Below are positions 39,567-47,199 of a stretch of DNA of 64,000 nt, one piece after another; the first letter of the stretch is position 1, and the number at the start of each line of letters is the position of its first letter. The notes beneath the pieces are model-generated. The model searched no databases. It saw nothing but the letters and a program-made list of their open reading frames with translations, and was not told where the DNA came from. The DNA comes from Polyangiaceae bacterium (GTDB taxonomy: Bacteria > Myxococcota_A > Polyangia > Polyangiales > Polyangiaceae). The translations under genes and the position numbers were made by a program. The DNA lies in NCBI GenBank assembly GCA_965222375.1, contig CBDCTZ010000013.1, positions 128,001 to 192,000 on the forward strand, given 5' to 3'.

Positions 39567-41123
39567 CACCTGCCAGGTGCCCGAGCGGCGGTCGTCGAAC
39601 AGAACGCCAACGTCTCCATCTGGCCCGAACGCGATGCTCGGGCCGACGCTCTCGGCAGCGTTCGTCGTGATGCGGCGCCGGGGCGTGAGGGGATCGAGGG
39701 TTTCGCTCAGCATCTGGGTGTACAGCTCGTAGTTGCCGTCAGCGTCGTCCGCCCACACCAAGAGCAAGCGGTCTCCCAGGGGCAAGATGGCCTGGGTCCG
39801 AGCGAAGTTGGCGCCTGAGGTCAGCTTCTTCTCCGGGACGATGATGTTGCCGGATTCGTCGACGGCAGCGCCCCAGATGGCGTCTCCGGGCAAGGTGTCA
39901 CGCTTGCCGAAGACCACGACGTAGCGATCGCGATTCCACACGATGCTGGGGTTGACCCCGTCATCGGAGGTCAGTTCGACCAGGGACTTAGGCGCGGTCA
40001 GATCTGGGCTGAGCACCCGGAATCCGATCTTGTGAATGAACCCCGTGGCGTCGGGCCCGGACATGTTGAAGGCGAGCCCTACGGTCTTCTGCCCTTCGGC
40101 GATGACCGGGAGCTCGGCGTTCCATGCTGGCAAGGTCAGCTGCTGGTTTTCCCCAATCAAGGCGCCATCGACACTGATGCGTTGGCCATAGATTCGATAG
40201 TCCGAAGGGCCGTTGCGTCGATCATCCCAGACCAACAAGAACTCCGAGCCATTCCAGACCACGTCCGGGTGGAGAGAAAACCCGTTGGCGTTCGTCACCC
40301 GCAGGTCCGGTGCCAGCTTCTTGCCGGCGGCGTCCATGCGGTTGAAGTAGATCTCGTAGTCGTTGTCTCGGCGGTCTTCCCAGGCCGTGCCGAACATCGC
40401 GCCCGTCCACTTGATCGGCCCAGTGAAGGTATCGTTGGGCACATTGGTGATGGGCTCAGTTCCGAAAGCGGTCGATCCGTCGGGGTTGAGCCCCTTCACG
40501 TAGGTGCGCCACGAGTCCTTCTGACCCGCATAAGCGGCAGCGTAGATCGAACCACTGTAGGCAACGCCCCCGTGGCCGGCCTGCAGCTGATCCGTCTGAG
40601 AAACGCGGATCGCTTCAGGGCCCGCAGGCTCGTAGCGAGCGTCGTTGTCGACGATGCCATCGCAATCGTTGTCCACGCCGTCGCAGACCTCCTGGGCGCC
40701 GGGGTAGGCCAAGGGGCTGGTGTCATCGCAATCGTCACCGCAAGAACCCGGCGCGCCGGCCGCAAACCCGGGTCGCGGCCCCTTGAAGCCGTCTTGATCT
40801 TGATCCAGGGCAAGCTGGCGATACACGCAGCTGCCGCTACTGGGATCGCAGGCGTCCTCGGTGCACTCGTCCGAGTCGTCACACTCCAGCGGCTGGGGCA
40901 GCGTGCAGCGCCCCTCAACACAGCGGCTGATAATGCACGGATTGAATTCGGCACACTCCTCGTCCTTTTCGCAGAACGCTGCGTCGAAGGGACCGTCCGC
41001 GTTCACGCCGGCATCACTGGGCAGCTTGAGCCCCGACTTGGCTCCACAACCGACGACGAGTTCTGGGAGCAACACGACGCCCAGCGCAACCACGCCGAGC
41101 GCCCGACACGTCTTTAGAAGCAT
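39531..41123 (-). CDS. Cys-rich lipoprotein with DCDD...YPGA.EVCDG.DNDC motif and beta-propeller-like C-terminal repeats
   Basis: Lipobox VVGC; CDDSDECTEDAC; repeated WxDxRxxxxEIYF units. Confidence 0.8.
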   Translation of the reverse strand: MLLKTCRALGVVALGVVLLPELVVGCGAKSGLKLPSDAGVNADGPFDAAFCEKDEECAEFNPCIISRCVEGRCTLPQPLECDDSDECTEDACDPSSGSCVYRQLALDQDQDGFKGPRPGFAAGAPGSCGDDCDDTSPLAYPGAQEVCDGVDNDCDGIVDNDARYEPAGPEAIRVSQTDQLQAGHGGVAYSGSIYAAAYAGQKDSWRTYVKGLNPDGSTAFGTEPITNVPNDTFTGPIKWTGAMFGTAWEDRRDNDYEIYFNRMDAAGKKLAPDLRVTNANGFSLHPDVVWNGSEFLLVWDDRRNGPSDYRIYGQRISVDGALIGENQQLTLPAWNAELPVIAEGQKTVGLAFNMSGPDATGFIHKIGFRVLSPDLTAPKSLVELTSDDGVNPSIVWNRDRYVVVFGKRDTLPGDAIWGAAVDESGNIIVPEKKLTSGANFARTQAILPLGDRLLLVWADDADGNYELYTQMLSETLDPLTPRRRITTNAAESVGPSIAFGPDGDVGVLFDDRRSGTWQVYFTRLVCAAGN

Positions 41124-41671
41124 CCGCCAATTCCCTCGACGTCTACGGGCACGCAGAAGAGCCCAGGCGGACAGGACGAGGCTCCCTCCAGCTTGCAGAT
41201 CTTGACGCATTGGGTTCCAAGCCCAGTAACGACGCAAACGAACCCCGCCGCGCACAGCTCACCGCCACAAGGCTGACCCTGGGTCTTCGTGCCTGCTGGG
41301 GCGCAGATGGTTCCGAATTGTTCTTGATCACACTTGTGTTGCGGATATTGCACGGTGGGGTAGCAGCCCTCACCTGGCCCACAGCCCGTCGGGTTGGCGA
41401 AGGGATCGCACTCTTCGATCTTGGGCGGCGGCGCAGCGTCCGGGCAACCGGGGTCGATATAGCCACCGGTACCGCCGATGCCGCCACCGGTACCGCCAGT
41501 GCCGCCACCGGTGCCGCCGAAGGCCGCGAACCCACCGAAGCCCCCATTCGCAGATGACCCACCAAAACCGACGATCCCGCCGGAACCGCCATCGGGTCGG
41601 TTGTCGCCTCCCACACTCCCGCCGCAGGCGAGGGCGGCCACCGCGGCCAGGCAAATCAGCTTGCGTCCCAT
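41114..41671 (-). CDS. Cys-rich lipoprotein with Gly-rich linker
   Basis: Lipobox ALAC, GG repeats, Cys-rich C-terminal module; its stop overlaps the next gene's start region. Confidence 0.75.
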   Translation of the reverse strand: MGRKLICLAAVAALACGGSVGGDNRPDGGSGGIVGFGGSSANGGFGGFAAFGGTGGGTGGTGGGIGGTGGYIDPGCPDAAPPPKIEECDPFANPTGCGPGEGCYPTVQYPQHKCDQEQFGTICAPAGTKTQGQPCGGELCAAGFVCVVTGLGTQCVKICKLEGASSCPPGLFCVPVDVEGIGGCF

Positions 41672-41888
41672 CGACCGCAGCATAGTCGGGTGGAGATCCA
41701 TGAGAAGACGAATCCGAAGACGCCCCGTCGGGCCAGCGTGGTGTGTCACGGCTGTGCCCGAAGCAACCTGTATGCCATGGAATTGTTGCGTATTTTTGCA
41801 GCAGGCGCGGCTCAGCGACAGCAAATGCACGTAACTCGGCCCGGGGACCGAGCCTGGCTGTGCCACTACGGCACATCTTCGCCATGCT

Positions 41889-42677
41889 ATGAGGCGCCGT
41901 ATGCGCGCCTCGCCGCTGCCGACGGTCCTAGCGCTTCAGCCCTGCGGAGCCTCCCAGGAGCAGCCCCTGCGACCCCAGCCTCAGCTGCGACGCGTCCCCA
42001 GCGCGCGGCACGTCAACGCCCGGCACGTCGCACGGGGGATAGCGCTGGCTGCGGCGATCGCCGGCATCGCGTTGAGTTGCGGCAGAACCGAAGAGCCACC
42101 GGGACGAACCGCAGTCGCCTCCCGGACTCCGGCCCCGGCTTCGGAGCTCCAAGCCACCCAGGTGAGTGGAAGCGGGTCGCCAGCCATCTCCGCGAAGCCG
42201 CCCCCCCGGCGCTGCATGATCCCGCTCCAAGACCGCCCCGCGCCAAAGGCCCGTCCCGCGGACCGCTGCCCCGAAGCAGCCAACCCCGGGCCTAATCTGC
42301 CGAAAGCGCAGGTCCGCTTCGTCGGCGCACCGGGGAAGCCCAGCGTCGAAGTGGAGGTCGCCGAGCATCCCGGTCACCGCGAACGCGGCCTGATGTTCCG
42401 CACCAAGATGGGCGCCGATCAAGGGATGATATTCAGCTGGCCCGGGGAGTCCCAGCGTAGCTTCTGGATGCGCAATACCTGCCTGCCGCTGGACATGCTC
42501 TTCATTGCTGCTGACGGGTACATTGTCGGTGCGCTGGAACAAGTACCGGTCATGAATGAGGCGCCACGCAGCATTCCGTGCCCGGCCATGCACGTGTTGG
42601 AGGTCAACGCTGGCTATCTGCGCAAGCACGGCGTCCGGCCCGGGCAATTGGTCGAGATCGTCCGCAAGAAAGGCTGA
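41889..42677 (+). CDS. DUF192 domain lipoprotein
   Basis: VEVA...RERGLMFR, GMIF, FWMRNT.LPLDMLF, VLEVNAG. True start probably further downstream. Confidence 0.85.
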   Translation: MRRRMRASPLPTVLALQPCGASQEQPLRPQPQLRRVPSARHVNARHVARGIALAAAIAGIALSCGRTEEPPGRTAVASRTPAPASELQATQVSGSGSPAISAKPPPRRCMIPLQDRPAPKARPADRCPEAANPGPNLPKAQVRFVGAPGKPSVEVEVAEHPGHRERGLMFRTKMGADQGMIFSWPGESQRSFWMRNTCLPLDMLFIAADGYIVGALEQVPVMNEAPRSIPCPAMHVLEVNAGYLRKHGVRPGQLVEIVRKKG

Positions 42678-42745
42678 ACATGAATTCTCTGTCGAATCGG
42701 TGTAAGCCCACGCTACGGGGCGACGTTGTGTTCCGAAGGACGGCC

Positions 42746-43744
42746 ATGATCAGACATTTGTTCTTCTCTTTTTTCACTTGGATTTTCGCCCTGGCGCTCG
42801 TCGGCTGTGGCGCGGCTCAAAGCAAACACGCGGCCGAAAGCCCCGACTATGGCGGTGGCGACCGCACGCTGTCCGCAGGCAGCATGGCGCCCGGCGCGAT
42901 GCCCATGGAAGAAGCGGAGCAGGCAGACTACGACGGCGATGCAGTCGCAGACGTGGGCGACGAAATCGTACTTGGGGAAAACTCACCCGCGCCAAAACCC
43001 ATGTATCGAGAGGACGTCGCGGAACCAGCACCCGTCGGCGCCGATAGCCGCGTGGCGCAGAACGTCCCGCCAGCGCCTCCTCCCCCTCCGACGAAACCCA
43101 GCGCCAAGAAGCCTCCCGCAGATCCCGTGCCGGGTGGCAAAGCCAAGCCCGAGGCTCCGTCCGCAGGTGGTGGTGGCAAGGCAGGCACCAAGTCGGACAA
43201 GAAGACCATCGCCGCGCCGATGCTGATCTACACCGCCGAGGTCAACCTCGCGGTCTTCGAGGTCGAGAAGATCTTGGACAACGTCGAGAAGCTCGCCAAA
43301 GACGCAGGTGGCTACCTGGTGGAGCGCCAGGCCCGACGCATCGTGATTCGGGTGCCGTCACGCGACTTCGACGGAGCCATGCTCCAGATCGCTAAACTAG
43401 GCGACGTGCTGCACAAGAACGTGAGCGTGGAAGACGTGACCGAGGAATACTTCGACCTTCAGGTCCGGATCCGGAATCTCCAGGCCGTTCGCGACCGCTT
43501 GGAGCAACTGCTCAAGAAGGCCGACAAGGTGCCCGACGCCATCGCCGTAGAGCGGGAGCTACAACGAGTCACCACCCAGCTAGAGCGGCTCAAGGGGCGC
43601 ATGAAGCTGATCGGCGAACTGGTCCAGTTTTCGACCATCACGGTCAATGTTTCCCCGCGACACACGGAAAAGGTCGGCTCCAAGGTGCGCCTACCCTTCC
43701 CCTGGCTCAACTCCCTCGGTTTGGGAAGGCTGCTGCGGCTATGA
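42746..43744 (+). CDS. DUF4349 domain lipoprotein
   Basis: Lipobox LVGC, Pro linker, LIYTA, GGY, IRVP, EDVTEEYFDL, STITV. Confidence 0.85.
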   Translation: MIRHLFFSFFTWIFALALVGCGAAQSKHAAESPDYGGGDRTLSAGSMAPGAMPMEEAEQADYDGDAVADVGDEIVLGENSPAPKPMYREDVAEPAPVGADSRVAQNVPPAPPPPPTKPSAKKPPADPVPGGKAKPEAPSAGGGGKAGTKSDKKTIAAPMLIYTAEVNLAVFEVEKILDNVEKLAKDAGGYLVERQARRIVIRVPSRDFDGAMLQIAKLGDVLHKNVSVEDVTEEYFDLQVRIRNLQAVRDRLEQLLKKADKVPDAIAVERELQRVTTQLERLKGRMKLIGELVQFSTITVNVSPRHTEKVGSKVRLPFPWLNSLGLGRLLRL

Positions 43745-43755
43745 GGAGGCTAACC

Positions 43756-44214
43756 ATGAAGCGAACGCTGTGCTGTCTACTCCTGGCATTGACCACCGTC
43801 GGCTGCGGTCATTCCTTCGAAGCCTCTACGCCCCAGGGTTTTGTCGAGCTCGAGGATCAAGAAGAGTACGACTACCGCGCGACCACCGCCGACGGCCTGG
43901 TGATCGCCGTTCGAGAGTTGGAGCACGAACCCAAGGGTACTCAAGACTTTTGGACACGGGCGATCGAAAACCAGCTCCGCCAAAAAGGTGGCTACGCCTT
44001 GCTCGGCAAGCACGACGTGACCACCAAGACCGGCCTGAAGGGCAAGCAGCTTCGCTTCGGTCACGACGAGGGCGGGACGCCCTACTTGTACGTGCTGACC
44101 TTGTTCGTCACGGACGACACGCTCTACTTGATGGAGTCCGGCGGCACCAAAGAGCTCGTCGAACGCCACCGCGAACAACTCGAGTGGGCCATCCAAAACT
44201 TCCGCGCGAAGTAG
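43756..44214 (+). CDS. Hypothetical lipoprotein
   Basis: AGGAGG RBS, lipobox TVGC; operonic with the DUF4349 gene. Confidence 0.8.
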   Translation: MKRTLCCLLLALTTVGCGHSFEASTPQGFVELEDQEEYDYRATTADGLVIAVRELEHEPKGTQDFWTRAIENQLRQKGGYALLGKHDVTTKTGLKGKQLRFGHDEGGTPYLYVLTLFVTDDTLYLMESGGTKELVERHREQLEWAIQNFRAK

Positions 44215-44354
44215 GCGAGCGTGGCGCAGACCGCGGGCTCACGTCGCAAGCCCCACCGCCATTCCCCTGAAGTAACGCGAGGGTTGCGCAGACCCCCAAG
44301 ACTCACGTCGCAAGCCCCACCGCCATTCGCGAAGTAACGCGAGCGTTGCGCAGA
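44206..44354. repeat. ~61-62-bp tandem repeat starting at the stop codon of the lipoprotein gene
   Basis: GAAGTA at 44208, 44269 and 44331; CTCACGTCGCAAGCCCCACCGCCATTC occurs twice. Confidence 0.85.
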
Positions 44355-44405
44355 ACGCGCGCGGGTGTAGGAGTGACTACGGACCGGGTACGCCGCGTGA
44401 CGGTG

Positions 44406-44710
44406 GGCTGATAGGGAAAAGGGTAGTTCTCGCGTGGTGACCACAAAGGTCCCAGGGCGGGTGGGCAACTTGGTCGGCACACTGAAGGTTCAGTTGCTCA
44501 AATTCTGTACGGTGCCCTCCCATCGGGCGGGAACACTGTGGTCGGGCAACTGCGATGCTGAGTTGCGAAGTTTGCGCCGGCGAGTGATGTCTTGCCGACT
44601 GCTAGGGCTCACCCCTTCGGATATCTCGAAGCGAGTCCGACTGCGGGGGCCTTTTGGGGGCCCGCCGCGTCCGCGTCTCCGCCGGGGCGCCGGCGCCGAA
44701 GTTGTCAGTG
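44406..44710 (+). repeat. Left arm of long imperfect inverted repeat flanking the HNH gene
   Basis: Collinear with the reverse complement of 46430-46750; identical blocks of 12, 11, 16 and 22 nt. Confidence 0.9.
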
Positions 44711-44956
44711 CAGCAGCGTGAAATGCGTACACGGGTGTCGAAGAGTTTCTGACCTTGTGACGCACTTTGTGCTTGACGGGTTTCTGGGTCGCGTCGTTCT
44801 CAACGTCGAGACAGGCGATTCAAGTGTGTGGTGCGCACGCGAGATTGAAGCCCAAGGGCGCTTCGACTTCGAAACGACTTCGCCGCTGGCCGCATCGCCG
44901 AAACGCCCACTGTGTTGCTGCAGTGAAGGCAAATATCCCCGTGTTACGAAGGAAAC

Positions 44957-46312
44957 ATGGACACTCTCGCCTCTCTCAGCAACGAACAACTCCTCGCGCG
45001 GCTGCCGGTGCTTTGCTCCGACGAGCGGCGGGCGACTGCCGAGGTCATCGTGTATTTGGCGGAGGTTGAGCGTCGAAAACTCTACCTCCAGGAGGCCTGT
45101 TCCTCGCTGTTTGCGTTCTGCGTCGAGCGGCTTGGCTACTCGGAGCAAGCTGCCCTGAAGCGAATGCGCGTAGCTCGTCTGTACCTGGAGTTGCCGCAGA
45201 TCCTCGATGAGCTGAAGAACGGGGCGATCCACCTGACCGGGCTCTTCCTGCTCTCGGGTCATCTAGACGAACACAATGTGGAGTCGCTGCTGGCCGAGGC
45301 TCGCGGCAAGACCCGGCGTGAGCTCGAAGTCGTGATTGCGCGATGGTTCCCCAAGCCTGATGTCCTGGCCAGCATCACTCCGCTCGGGGCGGAATCAACT
45401 CGTCTTGGGATAGGTGCAATCGCTGCTGATTCCGCGAAGAGCGAAGGTCCCGCCGAAACGGATGGCATCACCTATCCTGGGACAAGCGATTGCCTCGACC
45501 TCACCGGAATCGCGAGCGGCACTATCTATCCCGGGACGAGTGAATCTCACGGAAACGGCCGAGGTCGCCAAGCGGCGCGCGGCCGAGTGCAGCCGCTTTC
45601 CGCGCAGAGCTACCGCGTGGAGTTCACGGCTAGCGCGGACCTCAAGGCGAAACTCGAACACGCCCAAAACTTGCTCAGCCACGCCGTGGCGCCGGGGAAC
45701 CTGGGAGAGCTTTTCGAGCGTGCGTTGGACGAGCTCATCGCGAAGGAGACCAAGCGCCGACAGGGCGCTGTGAGCGACAAACCACGCAAGCTCCGGTCGC
45801 TCAAGGAAGGCTCACGACACGTGCCGGTCTCGGTGGCTCGAGAGGTGTGGGAGCGTGACGAGTCCCAATGCACCTTTGTCGACGCGCACGGACGGCGCTG
45901 CAGTGAGAAGCGCTATGTGACGTTGGAACACGTAGACCCACATGCTCGCGGTGGCCCTCCCAGTGTCCACAATCTCTGCCTACTTTGCGGACCTCACAAC
46001 CAAGACGCGGCCAGGCGCGAGTTCGGCGAGGACCACATCCAGCGCAAGCAGCGGGAGCGCGAAGCGTATTCGAAAACGGGCAAAGTGCTGGTTGGCCTCG
46101 GATTCAAACGCAAGCAGGTCAACTCCGCACTGGAAACGCTTCGAGAGCGCGGAACTGAGCCCGAAGTCGAGGCACTGCTGCGACACGCCGTCGCGTTGCT
46201 CCATCCAGTCAAACGGATCTCACCGCACTCCGCCGTCGACGAGAAACCAGCCGAGTCGAGGGCGTACGCTCAACCGCGCCGCGCTCCTGCGCAAGAATCC
46301 GTTGCACTGTAG
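44957..46312 (+). CDS. HNH endonuclease with N-terminal DUF222-like helical region and RuvA-C-like tail
   Basis: AAGGA RBS; SRHVP...VWERD..QC......RC......LEH......GG....NL.LLC..HN; C-terminal LVGLGFKRKQVNSAL. Confidence 0.88.
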   Translation: MDTLASLSNEQLLARLPVLCSDERRATAEVIVYLAEVERRKLYLQEACSSLFAFCVERLGYSEQAALKRMRVARLYLELPQILDELKNGAIHLTGLFLLSGHLDEHNVESLLAEARGKTRRELEVVIARWFPKPDVLASITPLGAESTRLGIGAIAADSAKSEGPAETDGITYPGTSDCLDLTGIASGTIYPGTSESHGNGRGRQAARGRVQPLSAQSYRVEFTASADLKAKLEHAQNLLSHAVAPGNLGELFERALDELIAKETKRRQGAVSDKPRKLRSLKEGSRHVPVSVAREVWERDESQCTFVDAHGRRCSEKRYVTLEHVDPHARGGPPSVHNLCLLCGPHNQDAARREFGEDHIQRKQREREAYSKTGKVLVGLGFKRKQVNSALETLRERGTEPEVEALLRHAVALLHPVKRISPHSAVDEKPAESRAYAQPRRAPAQESVAL

Positions 46313-46429
46313 CGACGGCAGCCGCGGGCGCAGCAGCGTTTTGAAAGCATTGGCTCACGCCGCGCCTTAGGGTGCACCGATGACTGCGCCCACCCGGCGC
46401 GAGCGCCGCTCGCGCTCCGCGCTCTTTCG

Positions 46430-46750
46430 CTGATACGCACGGCGCCGGCGCCCCGGCGGAGGTGCGGATGTGGTGGGCCCCCAAGGCCCGCCCGCACCCC
46501 GGCGGAGGTGCGGATGTGGTGGGCCCCCAAGGCCCGCCCGCACCGCAGCCCCCAACAGTCGAGACGACGCCACCCGCCGGCGCGAATCTCCGCAACTCAG
46601 CATCGCGGTCGCCCGACAAGTTGTCCCACCCGGGGCGGGCCTCCGTACAGATTTTGCGCAACCAAGTCCGCAGTGTGCCGAACAAGGTCCCCCCCCACCC
46701 TGGGATTCTTGTGGCTGCAGGTTGTGCAAGTCCGCTTCTCCCTATCAGCC
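46430..46750 (-). repeat. Right arm of long imperfect inverted repeat, containing a perfect 46-bp tandem duplication (46451-46542)
   Basis: Its reverse complement matches 44406-44710. Confidence 0.9.
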
Positions 46751-47012
46751 TCCCGAAGTTCGGCGGGGCGGGGCGGTTGCCGTGACGGGAGGCCGGTCGC
46801 TGGTCGACGCCTGGCTCCCTCGTCCTCCGCCAGCGAAAGGCGCGAAGCAGGAGAAAGAAGTGAAGCTCCAGGTGCTTCACAGGCCCAATAGCTCGGGCAA
46901 TCTCTCGTCCTCCGCCAAAGGAACGTCCAACGACTCGCCTGCACGTGATGCCCCACCTCGCACCGCGATGAACCGTCGATGACGGCAGCCTCCGGCACAT
47001 CCCCCCAAAAAC

Positions 47013-47199
47013 ACCCGCAACCACGCGATAGCTGCGACGGATTCCTAATCGCCAATGACGAGCCGCACAATCTCAAACAACCACCCGCGACCACTCCGTC
47101 GATCAAACTGCGTCGGAATTCCAGAAGCCAACCCGCGACCACTCCATCGGTCAAACTGCATCGGAGTTCCAGAAGCCAACGACGAATCGCGCAATCTAG
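47013..47199. repeat. 48-bp tandem repeat plus a degenerate copy, abutting the stop of the membrane-protein gene
   Basis: ACCCGCGACCACTCC...CAGAAGCCA at 47083 and 47131; degenerate copy at 47013-47074. Confidence 0.85.

Larger units (their letters stand above)
44406..46750 (+). mobile_element. Putative HNH-endonuclease element bounded by ~300-bp inverted repeats
   Basis: IR - leader - HNH gene - IR architecture between housekeeping-type genes; no transposase and no clear TSD. Confidence 0.5.

Noticed and set aside
44406..46750. Classical IS element or IscB/Cas9 call
   Set aside because: No DDE, HUH or serine/tyrosine recombinase motifs, no split RuvC or PLMP motifs seen, and no target-site duplication.
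46209..47024. 271-aa minus-strand ORF (and 46597-47679) across the right arm
   Set aside because: Low-complexity Arg/Gly/Pro translation with no motifs; it crosses tandem repeats, and the homologous left arm differs by indels.
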